Position numbers and translations under genes: made by a program. Shown here one piece after another: positions 39,894 to 50,481 of a stretch of DNA of 64,000 nt (positions within the stretch are counted from its first letter, which is position 1; each line of letters starts with the position of its first letter). The notes under the pieces are model-generated. The model saw nothing but the letters and a program-made list of their open reading frames with translations. It was not told the DNA's origin and searched no databases. This DNA comes from an uncultured Poribacteria bacterium (lineage in GTDB: Bacteria; Poribacteria; WGA-4E; WGA-3G): contig OX638351.1 in the NCBI GenBank assembly GCA_951813565.1, forward strand, positions 2,912,001 to 2,976,000, written 5' to 3'.

Positions 39894-41969
39894 ATGAGAC
39901 AATACAGAACAGAAGAGATTCGGAATATCGGAATTATCGCTCACTCTGGGGCTGGCAAGACATCCCTAATTGAAGCAATGCTCTATAACGGCGGTGCCAT
40001 TGAGCGAATGGGGTCCGTGGATGACGGAAGCACGGTAGCTGACTATGCCTCTGACGAGATAGAACGCAAAACTTCACTCAATTGTTCAGTGTGTATTGCG
40101 GAATGGGCGGAACATAAACTCAACCTTATTGATACACCTGGTGCCGAGGATTTTTACGGCGACCTTCACGGTGTGCTGCGAGTCGTTGACGCAGTTATCG
40201 TAGTCGTAGATGCTACTACGGGAGTGGAGGGCGGAACAGAGAAAGTCTGGGAAGTAGCGAATAAATATGATCTGCCACGGATCCTCTTCATCAACAAGAT
40301 GGATAAAGAAAACGCGAGTTTTGAAAACGCTCTCGCAAGTATTACAGATATTTTAGAGACACGAGCTATCCCAGTTCAAATCCCTATCGGCAAAGAAGAC
40401 CAGTTTACCGGTGTCGTTGATGTGATTCAGAATGCTGCGTTTCTTGAACCGAATGGAAACGCATCTGTCGCGAAATCTGATGTTCCTGATGACTTAGCAG
40501 GTGCAGCAGAAGAATCCAGAGAAGCACTTGTTGAAGTCGCAGCTGAAAGCGATGACGAACTCATTGAAAAGTTTTTTGAAGGCGAACTCTCTGAAGAGGA
40601 GATTCAGAATGGGTTACAAACTGGGATTCTTGAAAATCAGTTTGTGCCAGTATTGTGCGGATCGGCATTGAAAAACATCGGTGTGCAGCAGTTGATGGAT
40701 ATGCTTATTAGTTGCTGTCCATCTCCAGTTCAGGCTGGCCCAGTGCAGGATGCTGAAGATGAATCTAAAACGCGTGAACCTTCAACAGAAGCACCACTAT
40801 CTGCGGTTGTATTCAAGACTATCGCAGATCCATTTTCAGGACAACTTAGCCTTTTCCGTGTCTACTCTGGAACATTGGCAGGTGATTTACAGGTGAGCAA
40901 TTCGACACGAGGACAGGCGGAACGGCTTGGAAAACCTACCTTCATGAATGGTAAGCAAGCCATCAATACATCTCAGGTAACGGCTGGCGATATCGGCGCG
41001 CTGACTAAACTCAGCGCTACGCGAACAGGAGATACGTTGTGCGATAGAGACGCACCTATTAAACTTCCGGACATTGAGTTTCCAAATACGGTTATCTCTT
41101 ATGCTATTAGCCCGGCGCGCGAGGGTGATGATGAAAAACTTATCACCGCACTGACACGGATAGGTGAGGAAGACCCATCTTTCCAAATTGAACGGAATGA
41201 CGTTACAAAGCAACTATTAGTTTCCGGTTTAGGTGAACTTCACATTAATGTCAATCGTCAGCGAATTGTCGAAAAATTTGGTGTTGAAACACAGGTTGTC
41301 CCTCCAAAAGTGCCTTATCGCGAAACAGTTCGCAGACGTGTGGCTGGTGTCCAAGAAAGACACAAAAAACAGTCGGGTGGTAAGGGACAATTTGGAGATG
41401 TCACGATCAACCTGGCACCGTTAGAACGCGGTGAAGGGTTTGAGTTTGTTGACAACATTAAAGGGGGAGTGATTCCGAGCAACTACATTCCCGCTGTAGA
41501 AAAAGGCATCCGTCAAAGAATGGATCGTGGGGTGTTGGCAGGCTACCCATTAGTGGATATCCAGATTGATCTAAATGATGGTAAATATCATCCTGTTGAT
41601 TCTTCAGATATGGCATTCCAAATCGCGGGATCCATGGCTTTTGCTACTGCCGTACAACAAGCGGATCCATGCTTGCTGGAACCGATTATGAACGTCTCAA
41701 TATCGGTGCCAGATCAGTTTATGGGAAATATCATCGGTGACCTCAATGGACGACGTGGTCAGGTGATGGGTGTTGAACAAGTAGGGAAACGCCAAGAAAT
41801 TAGCGCCTTAGTGCCGCTTGCGGAGATGCTCCGCTATTCCATTGATCTAAGATCCATGACAAGTGCAAGGGGCAAATTTACAATGGAATTTGAACGTTAC
41901 GAGATTGTTCCGGATGACGTTGCGCATAAGGTAATCGCTGCATCAAAAACGGAAGAGGAAGAGGCGTAA
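39894..41969 (+). CDS. Elongation factor G-like protein (EF-G2 type)
   Basis: AHSGAGKTS, DTPGAED, NKMD, KKQSGGKGQFG, YHPVDSS; divergent switch I/II. Confidence 0.9.
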   Translation: MRQYRTEEIRNIGIIAHSGAGKTSLIEAMLYNGGAIERMGSVDDGSTVADYASDEIERKTSLNCSVCIAEWAEHKLNLIDTPGAEDFYGDLHGVLRVVDAVIVVVDATTGVEGGTEKVWEVANKYDLPRILFINKMDKENASFENALASITDILETRAIPVQIPIGKEDQFTGVVDVIQNAAFLEPNGNASVAKSDVPDDLAGAAEESREALVEVAAESDDELIEKFFEGELSEEEIQNGLQTGILENQFVPVLCGSALKNIGVQQLMDMLISCCPSPVQAGPVQDAEDESKTREPSTEAPLSAVVFKTIADPFSGQLSLFRVYSGTLAGDLQVSNSTRGQAERLGKPTFMNGKQAINTSQVTAGDIGALTKLSATRTGDTLCDRDAPIKLPDIEFPNTVISYAISPAREGDDEKLITALTRIGEEDPSFQIERNDVTKQLLVSGLGELHINVNRQRIVEKFGVETQVVPPKVPYRETVRRRVAGVQERHKKQSGGKGQFGDVTINLAPLERGEGFEFVDNIKGGVIPSNYIPAVEKGIRQRMDRGVLAGYPLVDIQIDLNDGKYHPVDSSDMAFQIAGSMAFATAVQQADPCLLEPIMNVSISVPDQFMGNIIGDLNGRRGQVMGVEQVGKRQEISALVPLAEMLRYSIDLRSMTSARGKFTMEFERYEIVPDDVAHKVIAASKTEEEEA

Positions 41970-42013
41970 ACCGCTGTTCAGTTCTCTTTCTGTAGACACA
42001 CGTTTTATTTTTA

Positions 42014-42046
42014 GTAGGCGTACTCTTGTATAGGGTGCGCCTATTG
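42014..42046 (+). terminator. Probable intrinsic terminator after the EF-G-like gene
   Basis: Hairpin TAGGCGTACTCT-TGTAT-AGGGTGCGCCTA followed by TTGTT. Confidence 0.55.
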
Positions 42047-42351
42047 TTGTAATAAAATCCGTGATTATATTACGCTGTGGTAGGACGGTAGAGAAAGCAC
42101 TCTATAGGGTCAATTTAGGATATATTTCTTGTGGGAGGGAGACCTTGTCCGCCCGATTTTTGGGATATATTTCTTGTGGGAGGGTTTTCTAAGCCCGATT
42201 TTTACATCTTGAGTTCCGTGAATCAACACCAAACGCGCTTTTGGCATTTGGCGGGTATGAATCATGGCGAATGCCAAAAGCGCATTCCCGTGGGTATTCG
42301 GTGGGTCGCTCCTACAGAATGTCCGAGGCGCCAAAGGAATTGCAGGGTTAA

Positions 42352-43299
42352 TTATAGGCGTATTGAGTGCCAATCTGCGCTACGGACAATCATCTCTTGA
42401 TATATATCTGCGCGATGGACATCTGGATGACGGATATTGTACTGTCTGAATCGCCAAAACGCGATCGCCAATGCTGCATAGTGAACAAAACCATCGAGAC
42501 TGTCCCATTCCTCACTTGTCAAAGGACGCAATGCATTGTAAGCCTCCAAGAAACTTTGGACAGATGCCACATCCAACTGATGTTGTGCTGTATAACAACA
42601 CCCAATAATTGTCATTCCTACATCAATTAGCAAAGTATCGTGACACCCTTCCTCAAAGTCAAGGATTGCTACCATCTGGTCGCCGTCAAAAAGGGTATTG
42701 TCTAAAAATAGATCGCCATGCAGAAGTCCTGTGCGGAGAGGTTTTTCTAATTCCGGTCTTATCCATTCAAGTTCTGATTTTAGCCATATTACAAACGGAT
42801 GTGTGGCAAATTGTGTATTTTTGACCTCTTTTAGAAAAGGTGTTATTTGTGCCATCCCCATCGGGAAACGCGGAAGTTCTAATAGCGGAGAAATGCGATG
42901 TAACTCTGCTAATGCTTCGCCAATCTGCGTCAAAACGCGTTGCGAAGGCTGCGGTGTTTTTCCATTCAAAAATGGATAGAGCATCACGCGATAGTTCGAA
43001 GTTAGGTGAAGTGCATCACCGTTTTTCTGTAAAATCGGGTACACTGTCGGGTAGGCATGTCGGTGAAGATGTGTCAACAGCGCGATTTGTATCTGAAGTT
43101 CTTCGAGATTCTTCTCATCACATATTTTTAGCAGATACGTATTATCGGTAGTTGTTAACTTAAAGTTGCTATTTCCAAACCCACCCGGAATTCCCTCAAA
43201 CTTCACAGGTGTACCGATTACGTAATGTGATACTATGTCCGCGAGTTCTTCAGGTGAGAGGTTTGTATAGCGCGCCATGTGATGTAACGTGAGGATCAC
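42352..43299 (-). CDS. Homoserine kinase type II (APH/phosphotransferase fold)
   Basis: MARYTNLS, GFGNSNF, LHGDLFLDN, ILDFE; start may be 43278. Confidence 0.8.
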   Translation of the reverse strand: MILTLHHMARYTNLSPEELADIVSHYVIGTPVKFEGIPGGFGNSNFKLTTTDNTYLLKICDEKNLEELQIQIALLTHLHRHAYPTVYPILQKNGDALHLTSNYRVMLYPFLNGKTPQPSQRVLTQIGEALAELHRISPLLELPRFPMGMAQITPFLKEVKNTQFATHPFVIWLKSELEWIRPELEKPLRTGLLHGDLFLDNTLFDGDQMVAILDFEEGCHDTLLIDVGMTIIGCCYTAQHQLDVASVQSFLEAYNALRPLTSEEWDSLDGFVHYAALAIAFWRFRQYNIRHPDVHRADIYQEMIVRSADWHSIRL

Positions 43300-43832
43300 T
43301 GTATCGGTTCAGGGTCTTGGACTAATTCTTTATATTCAGGTAGATCACGTATTTTATCAAATGCAGGTTCCGTTTTTGCAGCAGAAAGTGTTGTTTTATC
43401 TATCCGAATTGCCTCGCGCAGAGATGCGATTGATTTTTCAATATCCGCAACTTGCGACCCATCTTCTAAAGATTCCTCTGATCGTAGTGAATACGCAACA
43501 GCAAGGTTATAGTATGCCTTTACAAAATCTGTATCCAATTGTGTAGCGCGTTCCCACGCAAGGATAGCTTGTTCAAGGTCCCCCATATTGCCATGCACAG
43601 CACCGAGATTGAAATAAGGGATTGCCCAGCCCGGTTCATTGTGGATTGCCAATTTAAACTCGGTGACTGCTTGTGCAAGATTTCCTTTCTTGGCATAATC
43701 AAGTCCCCAATTGTAGTGAGATCGTGCTGCCTTATTCGGTTCAGGTGCATCTGTGCTTTGTGAATACGGAATGCTTTTAAGCCCACATCCGGTCAGCAAT
43801 ACTGTTAAGCAGAATATTAGGAGCGGTTTCAT
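43296..43832 (-). CDS. TPR-repeat lipoprotein
   Basis: Lipobox LTGC; YFNLG/YYNLA TPR helices. Confidence 0.85.
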   Translation of the reverse strand: MKPLLIFCLTVLLTGCGLKSIPYSQSTDAPEPNKAARSHYNWGLDYAKKGNLAQAVTEFKLAIHNEPGWAIPYFNLGAVHGNMGDLEQAILAWERATQLDTDFVKAYYNLAVAYSLRSEESLEDGSQVADIEKSIASLREAIRIDKTTLSAAKTEPAFDKIRDLPEYKELVQDPEPIQ

Positions 43833-43926
43833 TTTTCTCTCTCCACGTGTTTTTATAACACTTTACCCGAATTTAGGTTGTCAGTCAACTGGTTTGTGGT
43901 GAACAGAATTTTGTTTCCACTTGTTT

Positions 43927-44478
43927 TTATTGTTGCAAATTCCTTTTTGCTTCGTCTATAGTAAGATTCCACAGCAGCACTGTGCCATCTTCACTACCAC
44001 TCACAAGCATAGCACTGTCCGGACAAAAGAAAACACTCTGAACAGATGCTGTATGTCCAGCGAACGTTTCCAATTGCTTACCTGTAACAATATCCCAAAG
44101 ACGAATTGTATTATCACCACTTCCACTTGCAAGTATCAGTCCATCAGGACTGAACGCAACGCTCGAAACAAAAGCGGTATGCCCTACGAGTATTTTTAGC
44201 TGTTGACCTATGGCAGCGTCCCAGAGACGAATCGTGTTGTCGCCTCCTCCACCGCTACCTGCAAGTGCCGTACCATCGGGACTAAATGCAAAACTTGTGA
44301 CAGCATCCGTATACTTCGTGAGCAGCGCGATCTCTTGATATGTCTCGGTATCGTATATCCAAATACCGATACTACTCGCAACTGCAAGGACATTGCTATT
44401 AGGAGAAAACTGGACCTGATAGATGATGCCTTTTCCGAAACGCGTTTTAGCACCTTCGGGTAAATGTCTTAAACTCAC
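43927..44478 (-). CDS. Short WD40-repeat protein
   Basis: LPEGAKTRFGKG plus 3-4 WD40 repeats; GTG start overlaps the upstream stop. Confidence 0.8.
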   Translation of the reverse strand: MSLRHLPEGAKTRFGKGIIYQVQFSPNSNVLAVASSIGIWIYDTETYQEIALLTKYTDAVTSFAFSPDGTALAGSGGGGDNTIRLWDAAIGQQLKILVGHTAFVSSVAFSPDGLILASGSGDNTIRLWDIVTGKQLETFAGHTASVQSVFFCPDSAMLVSGSEDGTVLLWNLTIDEAKRNLQQ

Positions 44479-45425
44479 TCTCTGCGCCACCAACTCTTTT
44501 TATTTTGATAAGACGCGAGGAGTTTTGAAATCGCTTTATCTTTTTTGTCCAGACGTAACACAGCCTCACATGCCGCTATGACTTTTTGTTTGTCGGAATC
44601 AGCACCGGTTTCTTGGTAAGTGTGGTGATAACTTTCCGCAACAGCAGCGTAGTATGCTACCTGATCAACCTCTTTAGGTATATCAGAAGGGAGTTCGGTG
44701 ATGACAGCGATTGCCTCATCCCACGCCTCAAGAGATGCATAACAGATTACCTTTTGATATAATGGCGCGAGTTGCGAACAGTCAAGCCAATACGCTTGAT
44801 CATAGCAGTTTATAGCATCCGAATACGCGGAATTATCAACGTGCAGTTGGGCAAGCGCAGTATAAAAAGCGTCTAATCCACTATCAGCGATGGTGTAAAG
44901 TTCAACACCGGTGTTGACAAGCCACTCTCTTTCTATGAGAAATTCAATGGCAGAGTTACGTTCCTCGTCTGTAATGCTAATGTCAGTAAGGAGATGTTTT
45001 GCGACGGCAGCGTTTGGGAAAATCTTCGTCCGGCTTTTCATCAGCGGATACGCCTGCACTGGTTTATCCATTGCTATCAGTTTGATACCCGTCGCGATGC
45101 GAAAGAGTGAAACGATTTGATCGCTGTTTTGACGTGACATCTGGTCGGCAATCTGCTCTCTATTTTCAGAGAAATGTTGGTTGAGCGTATCAATCGCATC
45201 TTGTATGTCAGTATTTTCTGGATCGAGTTGATGTGCTTGCGATAAAAACCGCTGTGCGGCAAAAAGTTCGCCCCATTCTTGATAAATGTGTCCAATGCAA
45301 AAGTTCGCATAGGCAAGCGTCTCCGAGCCGCTTTGGCTGCGGAGAACATCATCGTAGGCTTGGATAGCTTCGGCTATACTCCCGTCAGATTCTAATGTTT
45401 TGGCGTGTTCAATCAGGTTTGACAT
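44475..45425 (-). CDS. TPR-repeat protein
   Basis: Helical TPR-like repeats (AIQAYD, AHQLDPEN, AINCYDQA). Confidence 0.75.
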   Translation of the reverse strand: MSNLIEHAKTLESDGSIAEAIQAYDDVLRSQSGSETLAYANFCIGHIYQEWGELFAAQRFLSQAHQLDPENTDIQDAIDTLNQHFSENREQIADQMSRQNSDQIVSLFRIATGIKLIAMDKPVQAYPLMKSRTKIFPNAAVAKHLLTDISITDEERNSAIEFLIEREWLVNTGVELYTIADSGLDAFYTALAQLHVDNSAYSDAINCYDQAYWLDCSQLAPLYQKVICYASLEAWDEAIAVITELPSDIPKEVDQVAYYAAVAESYHHTYQETGADSDKQKVIAACEAVLRLDKKDKAISKLLASYQNKKSWWRRE

Positions 45426-45516
45426 AGAGTTTTACTTTATAGATTTAATCTCGTGAATGGCTGTTCTTGTACCATTTCCAATTGACAAATTGCCATAACA
45501 TATCGTTCAACCAAAT

Positions 45517-46488
45517 TTATTTGCCTTGTAATAACTTGAGACACATAACCTCAAGCGCAAAGATTTTGGTAACGTTTGTTCTTTTGAGTAGTTCCTTCGT
45601 TTCAAAAACGGTTTTGATAGCTTGTTGAAGTCGTATGCGAGAGTAGCGTGGTACAAGTGTTTGGAGTTTGTCTACTGCGCTGGTGTGTGTCATCAATTCT
45701 ACAGGTGCACCTTGTTGTAGAAAAAGGAGATCACGATACCACGTTATCAATTCGTCTAAGCTATCCAGATTTTTTTCAAATTGCTCCGCCAACCTGAAGG
45801 CAGCTAACGGGTCAGTTTCCTCAAGGATTTCTGGCACCTCTTCGCTTTCGGTAATTCCTTTTTCGATAAGCGTGATAGCTTTTCCCACAACACCGCGTGA
45901 CAATATGGCAGCAGCAGCGGCTGCCTCTTTATCAATAGAAAAGTGATCTATTAATGCTACTGTTAATTCTTCAATAGGCATCGGGTAAAATGGGAAAATC
46001 TGACAGCGTGATTGGATTGTTAACAAAATGGATTCAATGTTTTCCGTCAATAAGATTAAAGTAGATGCAGCGGGTGGTTCTTCAAGTGTTTTGAGTAGTG
46101 CATTTGCTGCAGGATTGTTCGGATTGTTCATCCTTTCGGTGTTTGCTAAAATGTAGATTTTCCGTGGTCCTTCAAGTGGTCTATAGACAATTTGCTGTTG
46201 AAGTTCACGAATTTGGTCAATCTTAATTTGCGCGCCATCAGGTCGGATAATTCGTAGGTCTGGATGGTTACCGTTTTTTATTGTACGACACGCGCGGCAT
46301 TCCCCACAAGGTGAAAACTCTTCCGTCCTGTGATCACACAGAATTAGATTCGCAAAGTAAAGAGCGACAGTCTCTTTGCCAATCCCTTGCACGCCTGAAA
46401 AAAGGTATGCCCCAGCAACGCGTTCTGAAGCAACTGCGTTTTGAAGTTGGGTTACGATGTTTTGATGACCGAGTATAGCGTTTTTCAT
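45517..46488 (-). CDS. holB: DNA polymerase III delta' subunit
   Basis: GAYLFSG..GIGK, PCGECRAC, HPDL, ANALLKTLEEPP, TIQSRC; follows tmk. Confidence 0.93.
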   Translation of the reverse strand: MKNAILGHQNIVTQLQNAVASERVAGAYLFSGVQGIGKETVALYFANLILCDHRTEEFSPCGECRACRTIKNGNHPDLRIIRPDGAQIKIDQIRELQQQIVYRPLEGPRKIYILANTERMNNPNNPAANALLKTLEEPPAASTLILLTENIESILLTIQSRCQIFPFYPMPIEELTVALIDHFSIDKEAAAAAAILSRGVVGKAITLIEKGITESEEVPEILEETDPLAAFRLAEQFEKNLDSLDELITWYRDLLFLQQGAPVELMTHTSAVDKLQTLVPRYSRIRLQQAIKTVFETKELLKRTNVTKIFALEVMCLKLLQGK

Positions 46489-46517
46489 TTTCTAATGTGT
46501 TGTGGTCTTCAAGACGT

Positions 46518-47138
46518 TTATGATAATTGAATTCTTTTTTTGCATTCCGTTACGATAAGGTTGTGGATAGTGTCTGTATCAAGTTGTGCATCGATTAATT
46601 TAACACGCTGCGGTTCAGCTTCTGCGACTGCTAAATACCCTTCTCTCACTTTTTCGTGCGAAGCAAGCGTTTCATGTTCAAGACGAGTGAGGGGTTCATC
46701 TGAATCACGTTTGCGTTGGAGTCCGATATCTGGGGGTAGGTCAAGAAGAAAAGTAACGTGAGGTGTTAATCCTCCTGTTGCAATGCGGTTAACTTGTTCT
46801 ATCAGTTTTAGATCAATGCCCTTGCGATAGCCTTGGTAAGCGATAGTAGCATCGCTAAATCGATCGCAGATAACGATCTGTCCAGCATTTAATGCAGGTA
46901 GAATACGTTCGGTGACGTGTTGCGCCCGTGCGGCAGCAATCAACATCAATTCAGTTGTTGCTGACATATTAGAAGCGGTTAAGAAAATGTCTCGAATCTG
47001 TTCTGAAACTGGTGTGCCACCCGGTTCACGCGTAATAAGAACAGTGCCACCGAGCGCATCTGCTAATCGTTGGACCTGTGTTGTTTTGCCTGCACCTTCT
47101 ACGCCTTCAAGTGTAATAAAAAAGCCTTTATGGTTCAT
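46518..47138 (-). CDS. tmk: Thymidylate kinase
   Basis: EGVEGAGKTTQ, TREPGGT, CDRF, AYQG. Confidence 0.95.
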   Translation of the reverse strand: MNHKGFFITLEGVEGAGKTTQVQRLADALGGTVLITREPGGTPVSEQIRDIFLTASNMSATTELMLIAAARAQHVTERILPALNAGQIVICDRFSDATIAYQGYRKGIDLKLIEQVNRIATGGLTPHVTFLLDLPPDIGLQRKRDSDEPLTRLEHETLASHEKVREGYLAVAEAEPQRVKLIDAQLDTDTIHNLIVTECKKRIQLS

Positions 47139-47909
47139 TATTTTAATAATATCACGTTGTGGACGCAGTATCAAGTGGAATTACATGGATTTCAGGGTTA
47201 TTTATACCATCTCTAAATTATAACTTCCCATTTACAAAAAACGCGTTTAATGTGAATGTCGGACGCACATTCACCAAGCGCAATTCATTGCGCCTCGGAC
47301 ATTCAACATAAGATAAGTTTCAAAATCTCATAGAATCTTCGTAATGGTATTTTATTTATTAGAATTGGTATTAGTTTTCGGGTTTTCTGCTATATTTTTT
47401 CACATTTCTATATAAACTAATACGTATGCAAAGTAGTAGGCACACTCCGTGGGTTTCCGTCCACCCAAAATGTAAAGCGGACGGAAACCCACGCCGCGTG
47501 CCTGCTACCTTTAAATCAACTTAAAGATTTTCGTGATAATGGAATGTTCTCTTTAGTCCCGTGAATCAACGCCAAATACGCCAAATGCCATACGCGCATT
47601 TGGCGTATTTGGCGTTTGGTATTTGTCGGGGCTTGATGTTTATAGTAACCAAGCAATTCAATCTCCTCGCGCCGTAGGTGCGATATGTTTATTCCGTTTT
47701 TGTTTACATATCGCATCTACGGCGCGAAAGAGACTTATCATACTTCTTTCTATAAACGAACTCATAGCGAGTACGAGCTATGAGTTCATTATTAACACGC
47801 ATCAACTGATAATTTTTAAAACTAAATAGCCCTACATGGATTCTATCCATTCAATTCTTTAGCAGTCCCATGATTTTTATGTCAATGTGGAAGGGTTTTG
47901 ATAAAAGAA

Positions 47910-47940
47910 CAGGCAGATACCCAAAACGGATATCTGCCTG
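47910..47940 (-). terminator. Intrinsic terminator
   Basis: Minus-strand CAGGCAGATATCCG-TTT-TGGGTATCTGCCTG followed by TTCTTTT. Confidence 0.75.
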
Positions 47941-47966
47941 TAAAATAGGTGATTGAAGATAGAAAC

Positions 47967-49226
47967 CTAATCAGAAGCCCAATGATAGTTATGTGTTCCC
48001 CAATCACTTGTGCAACTACCATTGCTGCAGCGCGTGAAAGAGACACCGCATCCAGGACGTCTACACGTAAATGTTGTCGTGTGATTGTGCGTAGCACCTG
48101 ATACACACGTCCAATAGGTATGCCCATAAGCACAGGTTTGCCTATGGTCTAACCTGTTACTTACTGTCTGCCCACACGCCGCACGCGCACAGATCGCACC
48201 GGGTGGCGGATCCGGTTCAGACGGAGGGGACGGTGCTGGCGTAGGTGTCGGTGTCGGTGTGTTGTAATCACTACCACTGCCACTACTATGCGTGGGGGAC
48301 GGGAAGTTATGGGAATGCGTGGACTCCTGACACAGATAATATCCCTGGCAATAAACAGTCCCGCCATCTTGTGTAATGCTTGCGGGGCAAGAAAGATATT
48401 CATGTGAAGACGCGTACATTCTCACGTTGCTTTTGCTATCCTCGTGGATGCCACACGCATGAACAGCAGCGTGCATATAATCAAGCGGACATATAGTTGT
48501 TTGACAACTATAGTATTCTCTGCCACACTTGGTTCTACGATTTACGCCGGTAAGCCACCGATCCTCTTCACAAATCACGCGATGATGGTATTTGTCAGGC
48601 AGCGCAACCTCACAGCTCTCATGTTCACATTCATACGACTTCGGATATTCCGGTTTCACCGTAAGTGTATGCGTTACGGTATCAGCAGTCTCGGTTGTAT
48701 GAAATGTTATACTGCCAGAACCAGAAAAACCTGTGCCTTGCACCTTTATGCCACCACCACCGGCAACTGCCATAATTTCTGCACTGCCTGTTAACGTATA
48801 AGTGCCCGGTTCTTCTGCATACTTAGAGTTTTTGGACTTCATCCCTGTTGTATCATTATCCCCAAAAATGAAACCGACACCTCTCATTTCAAATTCTTTT
48901 GGTAAGGTCATAGAAAAATTAGGGCCTGAGACGGAACCACTTGGCATGACTCCCACTGTGCCATACCCCCAAGTTTTTTGATACGCTGAAACTTTGGCCC
49001 AAATCTTTGCATCTTGATACCCGACACTCACGATACGCGGATTTGGCGTATCGGTATCTGTCCACTCAAATTTCTCTATGATCTCGGTATCAGATTTACC
49101 TTCAAAATCCCAAATACTGCCAAAAAACGTACCGGAACAATCTCTACCTATTGACTGTAAAGCTACCGTAACATGTAAAAATGTCATCATAAGGACGACT
49201 ATTAAAAGACTCACACGAAATTTCAT
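47967..49226 (-). CDS. Exported Cys/His-rich hypothetical protein
   Basis: AGGAG RBS before MKFRVSLL; signal peptide; Cys/His clusters separated by a PTPTPTPAPSPP linker. Confidence 0.8.
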   Translation of the reverse strand: MKFRVSLLIVVLMMTFLHVTVALQSIGRDCSGTFFGSIWDFEGKSDTEIIEKFEWTDTDTPNPRIVSVGYQDAKIWAKVSAYQKTWGYGTVGVMPSGSVSGPNFSMTLPKEFEMRGVGFIFGDNDTTGMKSKNSKYAEEPGTYTLTGSAEIMAVAGGGGIKVQGTGFSGSGSITFHTTETADTVTHTLTVKPEYPKSYECEHESCEVALPDKYHHRVICEEDRWLTGVNRRTKCGREYYSCQTTICPLDYMHAAVHACGIHEDSKSNVRMYASSHEYLSCPASITQDGGTVYCQGYYLCQESTHSHNFPSPTHSSGSGSDYNTPTPTPTPAPSPPSEPDPPPGAICARAACGQTVSNRLDHRQTCAYGHTYWTCVSGATHNHTTTFTCRRPGCGVSFTRCSNGSCTSDWGTHNYHWASD

Positions 49227-49230
49227 GTTT

Positions 49231-50073
49231 TTATCTCCTTTTTTCAACTTCGGATTCAAGTTCTTTAACAATTGATTCTACGAAAGGTTGCCATTCTGGA
49301 CGCGGACGTTTGGGGCGCTCCATAGATTTCAGCAACTCGTTTTCTTTTCTCGCTATTTCCTCCAACTCGACTCGCTTGGGCTCCCTATTCCATGATATGC
49401 TTGTCGTCACATAGGGGGTCGAACCAGACGCTTTGTATCTAAGTTTATTCAATAACTCACGTGCAAGGTCCTGAACCCCCGGTGCGTAGGTTGCCTTCGG
49501 AAGCGTCTCACCCGCCATCATCCGCTTGATCAGCGGTTGATCTAAATAAAGCAAACTGCCACCCACAATATGCCGTAATGCATGGTATCGGATCCATTCC
49601 GTTTCTGAGAGTTTTGTGTAATCTTGTCCAGGCGACTCTTCTGACCACCCAACTTTAAATCTGGGTTCATTATACTTATACAAACCAGCGACACTTCCAT
49701 CGGCATTATACCGATAGTTGTGGCCATCTGGTGGCGGATCAAGACCTTGCTCTTTCCAATACTTTTCCCATTCCGCTCTTTGAGCATCGGTCACTGGTGG
49801 CGATGGGGCATCAACAGCATGCGGTGCATCGTGCCATTCCCCGTTATGCCAGTGTCCCCCGCCTTCAAACGTTTTGCCGGGCGGTGGCTTGGTGAAATCA
49901 ATAGGCGTTTGTGCCACGACTTCTGGCTTATTCTTGTCTTCAAGCAGTTTTTCGTCTTGTGCAAGCTGTTCTTTGAACTGCTGCACTTCTGACCACTGGT
50001 AATAAATAAAACCACCAGCAGCAATCAATATAACAATGAGGGCTGCTATTCCCCAGTGAAGTTTGCGTTGCAT
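49231..50073 (-). CDS. Membrane-anchored hypothetical protein with GGHWHxxEWH motif
   Basis: N-terminal TM helix; KPPPGKTFEGGGHWHNGEWHDAPH; AGGAGG RBS. Confidence 0.8.
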   Translation of the reverse strand: MQRKLHWGIAALIVILIAAGGFIYYQWSEVQQFKEQLAQDEKLLEDKNKPEVVAQTPIDFTKPPPGKTFEGGGHWHNGEWHDAPHAVDAPSPPVTDAQRAEWEKYWKEQGLDPPPDGHNYRYNADGSVAGLYKYNEPRFKVGWSEESPGQDYTKLSETEWIRYHALRHIVGGSLLYLDQPLIKRMMAGETLPKATYAPGVQDLARELLNKLRYKASGSTPYVTTSISWNREPKRVELEEIARKENELLKSMERPKRPRPEWQPFVESIVKELESEVEKRR

Positions 50074-50331
50074 CTAACGGTCCTCCTGTCTAAGATTCTT
50101 GTTATCCCTGCTATTCGTTGTGTCCAGTGTGCAAGGCTGTCTCGGACTTGGACAGATCAAGCCCGGTTTCAGTACCTCTTTTCTCGACATACATTCGCGT
50201 TTGAATTGTTGTTCGCAAGCAGGCGTATCAATCTGCGTGGCATCTATTGTGCCAAACAGCAAGAAACCGCTTCCGATGATGAATGCGAAAGTAAGAATGG
50301 AGAGAAGAAGTACTTTGTAGTCTCGTCTCAT
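50074..50331 (-). CDS. Small membrane/exported protein (LLFGTI)
   Basis: GAGGAGG RBS; hydrophobic helix; four Cys; stop codon abuts the next ATG. Confidence 0.65.
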   Translation of the reverse strand: MRRDYKVLLLSILTFAFIIGSGFLLFGTIDATQIDTPACEQQFKRECMSRKEVLKPGLICPSPRQPCTLDTTNSRDNKNLRQEDR

Positions 50332-50446
50332 CTTGTGCCTCCTCATTATTTGAGTAGGTTAATTGTTTTGACAGACTACAGAAATGGCAGGTCTGAAATG
50401 AGAAAGTTTTGCTATCCCTGTAGAGGCCGCTGGTCTCTAAAGTGCA

Positions 50447-50475
50447 TTGACACTTCAGAAGGTCTATGCTAAAAT
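50447..50475 (+). promoter_or_regulatory. Sigma70 promoter of the candidate antisense RNA
   Basis: TTGACA-N17-TAAAAT with extended TG. Confidence 0.7.
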
Positions 50476-50481
50476 AGACAC

